Numbered from the stretch's first letter, positions 49,483 through 63,620 are shown. The stretch: 64,000 bases of DNA from Octopus vulgaris (GCA_951406725.2 OX597820.1:81778001-81842000), one strand, 5' to 3'. Program-made: numbers and translations. The notes: generated from the letters alone by a model not told the origin.

Positions 49483-50369
49483 GTTTACTTTTCCGTTAAG
49501 GTAAGATCAACAAAATAGTACTCTACCTGGTGAGAGGTAATTTTTTTTTTTAATGTACACAGTATGTATTTATGAGCTGCTGATAGTTTCATACATTGAA
49601 AATATTATCTAGGTGAGCTTTAAAACACTTCTAGTGTTTCGAAGTAATCTTCAAGCTCTGGGGCACATGGCCTGTACAAGGCACAAATCAGTACAATAGA
49701 ACAAGAGAAATCACGAGAAAAATTGAGACGCAGGCAGGTTAAAAAATTGGGATAGTGAAAAAAAAAAAGAAAAGAAAAAAAGGAAAACATAAAAAAAGGA
49801 TTAGAATTATTTCCCTTTTTGTGCAAAACAAGTAGGCAGATATCATCGTACAATCGGCTCACCTCCGCGCTTGTAGCAAAATGTCCAAATTTTAGTGAAA
49901 TTATCATTAGAAAAAAAATCACTATAATATATTCCAGCTATACAACACAAACGGCCTTGGTATGGCAGAATAGAGTGACAGAATGTGCAGAAACTAGAGA
50001 GAAGCAAGGAGAGTGGGGGAGATTCCTCGCCCTCTGAACATATTCAGTTTGTTACATACAAACACGCACTCGCAATTACACACTTATATCTACTGAAGAG
50101 AGAAGAAAGGAGGAAAAAATAACTATGAGGCGATGCTGACCCAATGCTAACAACAACAGTATTTACAACAATAACTATTAGAAAGATTAAAGCAATAACA
50201 GCAATACAGTACGAACACTCCGTGGAACATATCAGAAATTGAACCGAGTTAATAGGTCGATGTCACTGACAGGTTTATGCTATAGGAGTGGCGTGTGGAA
50301 CTTTCTACTGAGCTGAAACCTTTAGTTACGTGTCATGCCTTCAAGCGCACTTCTATATTATTTTATACT

Positions 50370-50482
50370 ATACATCCATCCATCCTTCCATCCATCCATC
50401 CATCCATCCATCCATCCATCCATCCATCCATACATACATACATACATACATCCATCCATCCATCCATCCATCCATCCATACA

Positions 50483-50514
<32 letters not shown>

Positions 50515-50784
50515 CATAGACGCACGCACGTACGCAAACATACTTATAAATGTTATAAGTGTATGTATGCATATAATTTAATGTATCTACATTCAGATGC
50601 ACGATTGTAAACAGATTAGCATACACATGTCTCCGTATGTATGTGTATATATCTATGTGTGAATGTGTATCTATGCACACACATGTATACACACATACGT
50701 ATACATACATTAGTATCTTTCGTGCGTATGTACATATGTGTGTATGTATATATATATATATATATATATACATACATACATATG

Positions 50785-50838
<54 letters not shown>

Positions 50839-50843
50839 CATAC

Positions 50844-50884
<41 letters not shown>

Positions 50885-50941
50885 CATACATATGTATATA
50901 TATATATATATATATACATACATATGTATATATATATATAT

Positions 50942-51004
<63 letters not shown>

Positions 51005-51040
51005 GGCACATACATACATGTGCGAGTGTGCGCACGCATG
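50370..51040. repeat. (CATC)n/(CATA)n/(TA)n compound microsatellite
   Basis: Direct inspection. Confidence 0.95.
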
Positions 51041-51564
51041 CATATGAATGAATGTCGAAATATTTAAACCTATAACCATTATACATTCTTAAGCAATGTC
51101 AAATTCATGCTAAAAGAAAACCAATAGAAAAAGAAAACGACAAAAGCGAGTGTCACTATTTATAAACCACAGGTGACTGGAAGTGTTTGGGTTGGGGGAA
51201 GTCTTTACTCACACACCTCACCCACCAAAATGTCATCTTTTTTTTATTGTGTTTGTTATAGTAATTGACTTTGGCAGGTGTAGGTATCAGGTGTCAAAAG
51301 ACTATGATAGGGGACGGGGTGTGTTCCGTGTTGCTATTTTGTCAGATGATAACTGTAGATATTCATTCTATGATGCTATTTTGTTAGATGGCTTAGCCGA
51401 ACTTTTAGCCGAAGGCATGAACGTCACACAATCTCACGGCCAACACACCTCACTATTCTTTTCTGGCCATATTTTGTTGCTTGCTAACAAAATAACTAGA
51501 TAGTATCATTGTTTGGTAGGTAACAGTTTTGCTATGAATTGATTTTGCATTTTTTCCAGTTTTT

Positions 51565-51875
51565 ATGTCGTTTAATAGTTCCTAATTTAGTAATACCCTA
51601 TATCCATATAATCTAAAAATATTAAATGATGTAGTATCTCCGCGGAGTGCTGATAAAACGATGCAGTATTTTTGTGTTATGGCGTTTAACAGTTTCTGAA
51701 TAAATATAGGTATTTATCTTCAATGTGGTATTGAATAGTTCCAGATTAAATAAGGTATTTCTGTATAGTGGCATTTAACAGTTCCGGATTGAATAAGGCA
51801 ATATTTTTGTAGTGTGGTATTTAATAATACCAGATTAAAAGAAGTAGTATATTTTTCTGGTGGTATTCAATATAG
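51565..51875. repeat. Degenerate ~45-bp minisatellite
   Basis: Recurring GTGG(T/C)ATTTAA(C/T)AGTTCC(A/G)GATT(A/G)AATAAGG units. Confidence 0.65.
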
Positions 51876-53355
51876 CTATGTTATGTAAGCTATCATTTTT
51901 GTTACTATTTCCCTAATTCGGTGGAAGGACTAATTTTTGTTTGCCTCAGTATCATAAATCAACATAGAAGTTGTTTTTTTTGTCTGTTTTCTAGTATTAA
52001 AGGAGTAATATCCTCATCCAGTTATCATCAAGCTGTTGGTTGTTATTGTTGCTGTGTCACTCCAATTTAGCCTGGCACTGAGTAGACCTACGTTCAAAAA
52101 TATTTCAGATTGGAACACCTATCCTTTTTTACTTTTGATTATGTATCTAGGATACATTTTCTAACATGCGATTAGGGTGCGATAAGTGGCAGATTTAGCT
52201 GCTATTTCTTACAAGTCAAACAACTGCATGGACACTCTTTGGTTCGTGTGTGATTTTGTATTATGAGTTCAGTTTAACTGATGTTTTTTGTTAATTCATA
52301 GAGCAGGTGCTCGAGTGGCTAAGAAGTTCAGGTTGTTGTCACGAAATCCTACGCTGGATTCCAGTTCGTTGTATGTCGGGCAAGTGTCTTCTGCTTTAAT
52401 CTTGAATCAGCCCAACCTATATAAATAGAACCGAGTTGAACGGATAATATCTACAAATCAAACGGACAGACATCTTACACTGAATCTAGCTGAGGATTAC
52501 GTTAAAGGTACACAAGTCTATGAAATATTCTACCACTTACACCACAAGACAGATTGTAATTAAAGAAACCCGGCCGCCTTATAAAGCATGTCGTATACTC
52601 ACACATTGTTTTCCGTTTCCGAGAAGAGTATCATTCACAAACCTTAACAGGTTTTCGAGACTAAGTGAAATGAACTAGGATCTCCTCAGAGTCGAAAACT
52701 AGACTACATCTCTGCAACATAGTGGACTCCTTGTAGGTGAGTTCAAGGATATTAGACTAAACGATAGATTAAATTTATCACAACAAAGAAACATGGCCAC
52801 TTACTCAACGAACGTTCACCAAATTTCACTCAAAAGGCTCGGCTCGAACTCCTTATCAAAACGACCATGCTATTGCGCCGTAACCATACAACCATGTATC
52901 CAATACCATAATCACACAGTCATAAATTCCACACTTTAAACACAGAGCCATGTTCCCACTTCTAAATCACATTTGATGCAGAAGAATTCTCTCACTCATA
53001 AACTGCATAGCTGAGCGGCCATTCTTAACCATGCAGCCATCTCACCACCTTCGCTTCTACTCGTCAATCAAACAGCCAACATCCCGCGCTCCAGAAAAAA
53101 GAATTCTTTCAGGTTCTCTTCAAGTTTATAATTTTTTATGACACCAACAACTTATTAATCTCATTGGTAAGAATTAAATTTCTAAAATGGAAAGAGAACT
53201 TCAAATGGTAGTATTGGTACAATGGTAGAACGGCTGCCAAGTTTAGAGGAGATTTGAGTTCAGGTCCTATGAGTAGCCCACGGATTTTTTACCCAATAAT
53301 ATGCTTATATCTGCGGCAAGACTTATGCATACACACATATGTATATATGTATATG

Positions 53356-53451
<96 letters not shown>

Positions 53452-53549
53452 ACATAGACCAGTTGAGTAAACCTATCAGTAATGTACCTATAATGACTAT
53501 TTGAAATAGTTGTAAGCCTAATTTGCTCCAGTAAAGGAATAACGTCATG

Positions 53550-53599
<50 letters not shown>

Positions 53600-53699
53600 G
53601 GAATTCACAAAATATTCGTTACGATCATTTCGACCAATCGTGCAACGGCACCTCGCGAGTAAGATGCTGTAGAAACAGTTGTGGTTCATCATTCGTACA

Positions 53700-54980
53700 A
53701 ATATGTCTTGTAAGGCATCCTGTCAAAAGGCTCTTCGTTTTTAATCTCCGTTTCGTTTATTTCTATTACAGTACTTTCGGGTAGTTGTAGTGTGCTACCC
53801 GTAGTGCCCAATCTTTTGCTAATATTTCTGAAAGAGGAATAAGCGTAAGTAATTAGCAAAGTGTAATTTGAATTCGATTAAGACTATTTGCCTGAGAAGG
53901 TTGTTATAACTTCTTCAAAGTTCATTATGCATGTCTACCCGTAATTATTGAAACATAAGGGTCTGGAAGTTGCAGTTACTAATTTAAATTCATGGTGGTA
54001 GGATTACTTTGGAGTTTAATGGATGTGCGCACCTTAAGATTATTCTTTTTCTGATACAAGTTTAGGGTTGTTGTTAGTGAAGATGTTGATATTAATAGTG
54101 ATGTAGATGTGAATGATATTGTTAAAATATACTCTCTTTTCTCTCTTTTTTCTCTTTTACTTGTTTCAGTTATTTGACTGCGGCCATGCTGGAGCACCGC
54201 CTTTTAGTCAAGCAGATCGACCCCGGGACTTATTCTTTGTAAACCCAGTACTTATTCTATCGGTCTCTTTTGCCGAACCACTAAGTGACGGGGACGTAAA
54301 CACACCAGGGAGGGCAAACACAGACACACAAACACATACACACACATATATATATAAATATATACGACAGGCTTCTTTCAGTTTTCGTCTACCAAATCCA
54401 CTTACAATGCATTGGTCGGTCCGGGGCTATAGCAGAAGACACTTGCCCAAGATGCCACGCAGTGGGACTGAACCTAGGACCATGTGGTTGGTTAGCAAGC
54501 TACTTACCACACAGCCACTCCTGCGCCTATATACTGTTAAGTATATTTTAACAATATCCTTCCGAGAGTTTGGATGGTCTAGATCATAAGCCACGAGAGA
54601 GGTTTTTGAATATAGAGGGTGGAAAAGGTATGTATGTATTGTATGATCACTTCATTTCCCTTTTCTTTTGTATTTTGGGATAAGCTCACGGCAACATTTA
54701 AGTAATCTACCTTTTCACTTAACGTTTCTTGTAATTTCTGATGTAATGTTCAAACTGAATTGTCTCAACTGGGAGATAATACCTTCACTAAATTTAGCAG
54801 AAGCCTAGGGATTCTTACTTTTGAGATGTAGGAGGGTATTATCCATGTAGAGATACCTATACCGACGAAATCGGATGGTTAGTGTAAATTGTTGCTGGAG
54901 AAATAGACCAGCAACATCGACTCTTGACTCATGGAATCCAAAGCGTCCTTGATCCACGGTGATGTCAAAGAATCCGTTTG
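53700..54980 (-). pseudogene. Degraded Penelope-like RT relic interrupted by a SINE
   Basis: FFDITV...VAGLFL and LYMDNTL resemble PLE motifs FDVTMG...LVGLFL and LYRDDGL. Confidence 0.45.
54152..54528 (-). mobile_element. Intact CORE-type SINE
   Basis: GGCGCAGGAGTGGCTGTGTGGTAAGTAGC head through to the complete tail. Confidence 0.9.
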
Positions 54981-55744
54981 GCTGTACACACACGCGCACA
55001 CATACATACGCACACACAACATACACACACACACATATACATACACACCTACCTACCTACCTACATACATACATACACACATATATACATACACACATAT
55101 ATACATACATACATACATACATACATACATACATGTGCACTTATATAAATGAAGTTTATGCATATGCCCACTTTCTTTATTGAAATGCCATCCATTGCAT
55201 GTCTGTGCTATTGTTTAAAAGGCCAGTTATAGTTCAAAGTTAGTGAAGGAGTATGTGAATACAGATGGACACTATGAATCATCGCCAGTCTTTTGATATT
55301 AAAACACACACCCAGTGAAAGAATTGAAAACCTGAACTTAGTACTATCTGAATGAAATACCACTAAGTATTCTACGAAAACTCTCTTCTATTCATAAATT
55401 CATATGTGCATATTTTATTGATATATCAATTCCTTCATACCATCGATTGAGCCAGCCTTATTTCAATCCCAGCTCGTATTTTACTCACCATAAGAAAGGT
55501 GAAAGATAAATTAGTAGGAACGGTGTTTGAACTCACAATCACTAAATCTTGAAAGACATTTAAGATGCTTCTTTAGAGCTGCTTCTGACTCGCAATTGCC
55601 CTTCAATTTTCTACTATTACTTTCTTCTTTTCTTCGTAGGCAGATCCACCTTCATATACGCGCCCAAAGACACCCACAAATATCTTACATATATATATAT
55701 ATTTGTACATGTATGTATAGATAAATTATATAAATGCACAATAT

Positions 55745-55754
55745 TGTATGTATG

Positions 55755-55788
<34 letters not shown>

Positions 55789-56142
55789 TGTATGTATGTA
55801 TGTATGTATGTATGTATGTATATGTGTGTATGCGCATGAATAAGTAAATATAAGAATGTGCATATGTGTGTGTGTGTGTGTGTGTGCGCGCGCTAATGTA
55901 TATAAAAGATATAGAAAAACCTTCACACCTGTCCTTGCATACTTGCAATAACTTTCAGCATAAACAACATAATTCTTTTCCCTTCCAATCTCTCCTTCTC
56001 TACGATATTCTTCTCCAGACCCCCAGACCCCCATCTACATATCATTCTCTCTCACCCTCACGTTTATATACACACCAATAAATATGCCAAGAAATATAAA
56101 TGTATGCATGTGAGTGTGTTTGTGCTTGTGTGTGAGTATGTG

Positions 56143-56197
<55 letters not shown>

Positions 56198-56530
56198 GGA
56201 AAGGGCACAGAGAGAGAGAAAGAGCGGGGAGAAGGAGTGAGTGATAAATAGACAGATAAATAGGTAGTTATACGCGCGTGTGCGCATTTATAAATGCATA
56301 TATATGTATATATGTTTATGCATGTGTGTGTACATATACACACACGCACACACATAATACATACATACATAATTGCATACATACATACATACATACATAC
56401 ATACATACACACATACATACATACATACATACATACATACATACATACATACATACATACATACATACATACATACATACATACATACATACATACATAC
56501 ATGCAGCATGCATGGATGCATACATACATA
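55745..56530. repeat. (TATG)n/(CATA)n/(TA)/(GA) microsatellite cluster
   Basis: Direct inspection. Confidence 0.9.
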
Positions 56531-57869
56531 TGAAAGAATTATTAGAATGAATTCTACCAATCAGCAGCCTGTAACCAGAACGAGGCTCTATTCCACGAAT
56601 GAAAAGTTCATTCATAGACCTAAGCCGTTAGTTAGTGTTGCTCTTCTTGTGACTCAATATAAAAGAATGTGAACTATTTATGTAATGGTGAATTAGAGAG
56701 AGAAAGTAAGTGAGTGGGTGAGTGAGTGAGCGAGCGAGCGAGCAAGAGAGGGAGTGAAAGATAAATAGGTAGAGAGAGAGAGGCACTGGGGTGGGTGAAC
56801 GGTAAGGTGGGTGAGTCGGTGAAGGGGAATATAAGAGGTGAAGGAGGTGAAGGTGGAATGTTTGGCATTGGCATGAAATAGCTCCTGTTGGTGGTGGTGC
56901 AATGGTGGTGGTGGTGGTGGTGGTGGTGGTGATGAGGAGGGGGTTCCTTTTTTTGTTTATTCTACTGAACTTGCTGATAACAGGTAAGATGATCGGTTTG
57001 TTGGTTGGTGTCCAAGGTAAGGAATAAAGGCTGAGTAAGTAGAAGAGGTGAGGCGAGAGGAAGAGGAGAGGAGAGGTGAGAGGAGGAGGAGGGGAGAGGA
57101 GGAAGGGGAGACGCAGGGGAACAGGAAAAAAGATATTTGAGAAAACAAGGTAATTATACCTACTTACAAACATACATACATCTTACAAACAAATATGCAT
57201 AAAAAGACATACATAATTGCATATAAACATACCTACTTACAAACATACAATGCATGATATATATATATATAAACCTGCATTCATGCACATATATATGTAT
57301 GTATACACATATATTTATATATACGTATTGCGAATAACATACATACCATGATTTTACATACATGCACACATAAACCTCTTTACATACATACCTACTTAGA
57401 AAGAAATATTTTCCATACATACGTTTATGCATGCATACATACGTACAAACCATACATAAGCACTACAAATATACTGTCGAGGCGGCTGTTATGTATGACC
57501 ATACTTTGTGCGTTCCTCCTCTTTCTTTTTAAGATGTAATACCTCCCTGTCATGAGCTCCCACATTGATAAAAATGTACATCAATATGACAAGACTTAAA
57601 CTAGTTTCCTAAACACGGCCGACACGCCATCAGCAGATACAGCTTAACCGACGATCGGAGTATCGCTGCAGTGATGGTACTTCATTGCTACAGACATGAA
57701 TTTTACACTGACCACCGCATCGGAAAGTCGTTTGTAATTTTGGAAAAATTAAAAAAGTAATAGATGCAAAACTCAAAGCATAAAATTTTGTAATGACTTG
57801 TTCGACATATTTTGCTGCATATACACATAGATGGTGATTGCTTCATCTTCACAAATGATTGCCGTCTCT

Positions 57870-59440
57870 CTGAAGTTTTTCGTTTTCAATGCCATTTCTG
57901 ACCTTCCGTCTATGACCTCCCAGATGACTATTCAGTCTCGCTGCACTGCATGATTTGAAGCATAGGTGACAGGCGCATGATTTGAAGCATAGGTGACAGG
58001 ATCACGTTTTAAAACATGATCTGTATGAACCGTCATATGTCTCTTTAGACACGAAATCGATTTAAAAGCTTTTTCACACACCACACAGGTCGAATCATAC
58101 CATCTAGAAGGAAATACGTTAGTTACAGTTGATCGTTTTGAGGACTTCAGATGGTTGATATACCCAGCCTTGGAAAAGAGTTCAAGATCACACGTTTCAC
58201 ACGTCCAAGCACTTTATTTTCTCATTGAGGTTCTGATGACAGACCCCCTGAACCTAGCGCTTTAGCTTTACGTTCTCAGGGCTGCACTCTTCAAATGTTT
58301 CGCAATCTTCCCTTATACGCTTCCCTGCCTCAACTCTTTCCAAAGCTAGTTCTTCCCAGTTCTTTACATTGATTTGTAGTTCCTTCAGGTATATTTTTTT
58401 ATGCAGCATTTGTACCTTTTTTGCGGTTTGTGCTGTGGATGCTTTCCAATGCACAGATAACCGTAGAACAGCTGCTTTGGAAACCTATAAAATTCCATAT
58501 GCAAAACAGGAATTGTCCAAAACATCTGAATAGATATCATGAGTGACTAGATGCTTGTGCATCCTGCCTTTGCAAGGATTTTTGCGTCAGGTTTTGTTGA
58601 TTACGTGTCTCAAACATTTTTCATGAAAGTGCCAAAGCAGCTTGAGATGCCCACGGTCCATGTTTCACAAAAGTACAATGGAACCGTTAGTACGCAAGCC
58701 AGGTCTTGAGAGCCATGCTGCGATTTGTCCGACTTTCTTTACAAGCTTCCCAAATGCTTTCTGAATGCGTAGATATCTATCTGCACCTAGGAAGTTATCT
58801 CACCCATATGCTACCTACGTAAATAAAAGTGTCAACTACGTCTAATCTTGCACCATATACTTCGATATTTGGTTCGACATACGGTTCGCTTGGAGCAGGT
58901 CTGAACATTAACTTGGTATATTTTTCAGACTTATTTTAAGCTGTGCACAAAGTATCTATGTGTATATGAAGTATTTTAAGCTGTGCACAAAGCATAATTA
59001 TACTGTATGACATCCGCAGTGTGAGCCAGGAAGTCAACATCATCTGCAATAATGAGTTCTCTGATCCAAGTTTCATAAGTTACCGACTTGAAATTGAACC
59101 TTCTCAAATTGATGACTCTTCCAGTAGTTCTGAAATGCAAGAAGACGCCCTTATTACTTTCGTGGACCGCCTGCGTAAGCAGAACAGCAAAAAATAGGAA
59201 ATGGTGAGAGCAGGAATATCGCCTTGCTTTACTCCATTGTCAACTTCGTCAGACAATTTTTCTTTAGAGATGATTCGAGCCTTCATGTCTCGGCGCAACC
59301 GCTTAAACATACTAACAAGCAATGTTGGGTACCGACCTTTCCACAGATTTTTCACAGCGCAACTCTGATAACTTCATCAAAAGCTCATAGTCTCATAGTC
59401 TCTACCAATTCGTGCATTGGAATCGCCAAGAACGATCTTT
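57870..59440 (-). pseudogene. RTE-clade LINE 3' portion with C-terminal C2H2 zinc fingers
   Basis: DNGVKQGD, LIIADDV, VVDTFIYVGS, RFPKQLFYG, WEELALER, then CETC..H, CVVCEKAFKSISCLKRHMTVH and CHLC..HLGGH. Confidence 0.75.
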
Positions 59441-59544
59441 TTTCCTGAATTGGTGTGGTTGTAATGCATACCTACCTACCTACCTACCTACCTACCTACC
59501 TACCTTCAAACCTATCTACCTACTACCTACCTACCCAACTGATC

Positions 59545-60731
59545 CACTGGATTTGTCAAGGTGATGATATCCCCTTGTGTCGTGCTTTGAACAGCATCTA
59601 TAATAGCACTCCAGACGGCAACTTTACTTGACAACTGCAATCCATCTTGGTAAATGCGTCTCTTCAGGACTCTCCACAGGTCCTGAATCAGGTTTAAGTG
59701 AGAGAAACAAGGCGGCTACTCCATCAAACGAGCTCCAGAGAAGCCTATTTGTTGCAGGTATTCCTTAGAATCCTTCGCTGCATGAGACGGGGCGTAATTT
59801 TGCATAAAGACCAGCTTTCTCTTGAATGAAAGTTTTTGCTTTCTGAACCACGGTTGAGAAATTGTCCTTTAAGAAGGTAACATATATTTTCGATGTCCTC
59901 TTAATGCCATCTGGGATTTTCTATGGCCCGATCATCATACTACCAACGACGCCAGCCCAAAACAAGACACACCTCGCCCCTGCTGGCGTGTAAAATTATG
60001 AGGACGGTTCCTTCTGATTGATACTCAACCTTTGCTCCAGCCATCGGGTCCGTCGAGGGTAGCACGGCATTTGTCAGTGAATAGAACTGTTGATAAATCT
60101 ATCTTCATGTATTCTTCTGCCCATTTCATTTTCTTCTGCTTATGAGCAGCCTTCAGAGGATCCTTGTGACATGTTTAACATTCCTGACTACCTGCTTCAA
60201 GAGGGATCGCCTGGTAGTTTTCGATACGTCTTCACTGCCACAACGTTTGAAGACTTCCCTACTTGTCAGACATGGGCTCCGCACATCTTCCCTTATCACA
60301 CGTGACAAAGTACGATTCGAATCAACCCTCGAATTACCCTTAACTGCCCTCGATCGGTCAGAAATAGGAGACTGCATAAATTTCTTCACTGTTCGGTGAT
60401 CTCTTCCCAGTATTATTGATATTTCTATTAGTTGTTTTTCCTTTTCCAAGCTTTGGCACGATGGTAGACTTCTCGTTCGATCTAAGATCACGCTTCTGAT
60501 CCATAATGACAATTAAATTGGGCACTTGCTTAAAAATTTAGGACAACAGAAATGTTGCTGCTACACAATAATGGCCGCCGTTTGTTTTCGTCTGCGCATG
60601 TCCGATTTATTTTACCAGAATATGCGCAGATAGGTGTTGCGAACAGTCAGTGGGAAAACAACTGGTTTTAAACGAATATACATTTATTTATTGAGAGAAG
60701 GTTGATTAGCCTAATAATGTGGGACACAGTG
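59545..60731 (-). mobile_element. Degraded Tc1-superfamily transposon (DD37E/TRT-like), one TIR retained
   Basis: RDHRTVKKF, VLFTDKCRATLDGPDGW, 37-residue spacing between the degenerate D and E positions; TIR-like CACTGTGTCCCACATTATTAGG at 60710-60731. Confidence 0.8.
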
Positions 60732-60756
60732 TGTAATACACACACACACACACACG

Positions 60757-60938
<182 letters not shown>

Positions 60939-61326
60939 ATAAAAGCTTCGCATACCACAAAAAAAAAAAAGGTTACGCACGGACACATTTCTAGCAAACT
61001 CGAGGATGATGCTAATATAAACAAAAACTGTAGACTTCTTGGATTCGTGTTCGTTACATCACATAACCTTCGAAGGTTATATCTTTGCAGTCCAAGAGCA
61101 TGAGACAGTTACGAAATATCTAATGATTAAAAGACAGTGAAACCTTTTAGTTCCCTTGATGCGACCGTAAATGTCAATGAGCTCACTTATCTGTGGAAGA
61201 TATTTAACATGTGTTTAGTTACTGTCCAAAAGTGCCTTTAAGATTCTTTGCTAAAATAATATACAATTTGCATGAAAGTCTACTCTGGGATAAATACAGA
61301 GAAATATCCCTGTCATTGACTATGGA

Positions 61327-61478
61327 TGGAAGCACTCCGTCGGTTACGACGACGAGGGTTCCGGTTGATCCGATCAACGGAACAGCCTGCAAACACTCAC
61401 AACGCCCGATCTGGGAATCGAAACCGCGATCCTACGACCGCGAGTCCGCTGCCCTAACCACTGGGCCATTGCGCCTCC
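61327..61478 (-). mobile_element. OR-like SINE with the central ~230 bp deleted
   Basis: Head (as 1772-1860) is joined directly to tail (as 2092-2156). Confidence 0.85.
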
Positions 61479-62061
61479 CCTGGGGAAGCATTGACTATAT
61501 ACACCTGTATCAATACAGGGAGTTTTGATGGAAGATTCCTTTCGAAACATTCTTCAAGAGCAAACGTAAAAGGCTTATATATTTATTGGAAAGAAGAGAG
61601 AAGCGACATAGTCAGAAAGGTTAGCTACTCTACAGTTGCTTTCGTTTTTTTTTTCCAAAATCAATAAGAAGAAAGTTTAGAGATAAATTCTTGGACACTT
61701 GTGGGTTTTCCATCCTGATTATAAAATCGTAATTATAGTAATAATAATTTTTGCATTCGGTTATGTTTGAAAATGCCACAGTAGCAATCTCAAAAAGCTA
61801 TTCGACATCTAACATTAATAGTCTCAGTTATCCAAATTCCAGTTATGGAGTATTGTTGCTTTGTTACCAGCTTGTTCCTTATCAGAAAAATCCTGTTAAT
61901 TAAAAAGAATCATACGCACGCCTAGAAGTAGATACGTGTATTTACATACATATATGAATAAACACTACTTACATATATACTATATACTTATATACATAAC
62001 CATATGCAACATGTATGCGCACATTGCACATACATACGTACATACCTATGTACATAATACG

Positions 62062-62095
<34 letters not shown>

Positions 62096-62352
62096 TACAT
62101 ACGTAGGTACATACGTAGATGCATACATACATACATACATACATACATACATCAAGCCAGAGTGCCAAGTCTAACTAATCGGTACGAAAGGTGTCGGTTT
62201 AAATAGCATTTGCACGCTGCAGTGCATCGCACAGATAACAGCTACTGAACAGTAGAGAGAGTACAGTTCTATATTTAAGAGATGAAGAATTGTATACATT
62301 ATTTACATTATTTACATTTGACGGATATTTGCCCTCATCTTGTTTGTTGTTA

Positions 62353-62393
62353 ACACATTTCGGCTGATATACCCTCCAGCCTTCATCAGGTGT
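62353..62393 (-). ncRNA. Hammerhead motif, probably defective in this copy
   Basis: ACAC-CTGATGA-A-GGCTG-(10 nt)-CAGCC-GAAA-T-GTGT; the P3/cleavage segment is missing. Confidence 0.6.
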
Positions 62394-62450
62394 CTTGGGG
62401 GAAATTTCGAACCTGGGTTCTCATTCCTAAGGTATTTTTCGATCTTGTTG

Positions 62451-62487
<37 letters not shown>

Positions 62488-62520
62488 CATTATTATTATT
62501 ATTATCATTATTATTATTAT

Positions 62521-63468
62521 TCAGTAGTTTTATTTTTATTTTTTATAGCGTGCTTTCACTTCACTACCGAGCGCAGCTCTGTGTGCCTTGGGTATGTGCT
62601 GTGATTTGTTGTGATGCTCTGATGGTTATTGTATGGAAAGTGTTCTTCGTAGGATGTGTGCAGTGCCTAGTAGTGCAATTTTCTGTATGTTATATGTGTT
62701 TGTAAGTCCTGGTGTTTGTAAGTCTGAATATTTTTTTATCATGCCTAATGCACCTACTATGATAGGAATTGTTTCTGTTTTCAGATTCCACATTCTAGTT
62801 ACCTCTATTTCCAGGTCTTTGTATTTTGAGAGTTTCTCCATTTCTTTTAGAGACACGTTGTCATCTGCCGGTACTGATACATCAATTAGAAAGCATTGTT
62901 TTTCTTCATGGTCTCTGACAACTATATCTGGTCTGTTGGCCTTAATTTCTCTATCTGTGTGTATCGGCATATCCCAGAGTATGGTTGCTTTCTCGTTTTC
63001 TGTGACCTTTTCTGGTGTGTGCCTATACCATCTTTTTTCTGTTGTTATTCCATAATGTTGGCATAGCTTCCAATGTATGTAGGTTCCAACTCTGTCATGT
63101 CTGTGAATATATTCCTTCTTAGCCAGGACTGGGCAGCTAGAGATAATGTGATTTATTGTTTCTTGTCCATCTCCACATATTCTGCAGTTACTTGTAATAT
63201 TTCTTTTCATTACATGTTTTTGGTAATTTCTGGTGGGGAGGCTTTGGTCTTGTGCTGCAATTAAAAATCCCTCTGTCTCTGCTTTGAGTCCTGAGCTTCT
63301 CAACCATTGCTGGGATTTTTCTTTGTCTATTTCTTTTGCGTTTAGTTTAGTCCAGTATTTACCATGAAGGGGCTTTTCTTGCCATCGTTTTATCATGGTT
63401 CGTTGCTGTTCTATTTTTAGTTTGGATTTCATTTTTTTTATAGCTTTTGTTGTTTCTTCATCTTCATC

Positions 63469-63470
<2 letters not shown>
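62521..63470 (-). mobile_element. 5'-truncated, young R4/Dong-like LINE (open 268-aa CCHC + RLE reading frame at 62626-63432)
   Basis: CRICGDGQETINHIISSC, RHD, NRPDIVV, LIDVSVP, KYKDL; (AAT)n on both sides. Confidence 0.92.
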
Positions 63471-63544
<74 letters not shown>

Positions 63545-63549
<5 letters not shown>

Positions 63550-63620
63550 CCACTGCCTGGAATCGAACGCGAAATCTTGGGGTTAGTAACCCGCGCTCTT
63601 AACCACTATGCCATACGCCT
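63545..63620 (-). other. tRNA-derived segment with Pol III A and B boxes (not a functional tRNA)
   Basis: TGGCATAGTGG (A box), GGG-TTACTAA-CCC arm, GTTCGATTCC (B box); acceptor and T stems poorly paired. Confidence 0.7.

Noticed and set aside
52700-53150. Possible plus-strand Penelope RT N-terminal relic (ITFDAEEF)
   Set aside because: A single weak motif; not enough to call.
63545-63620. Functional tRNA gene (also the SINE heads at 1772, 31786, 61400)
   Set aside because: Acceptor and T stems do not pair properly; the heads are attached to repeat bodies.
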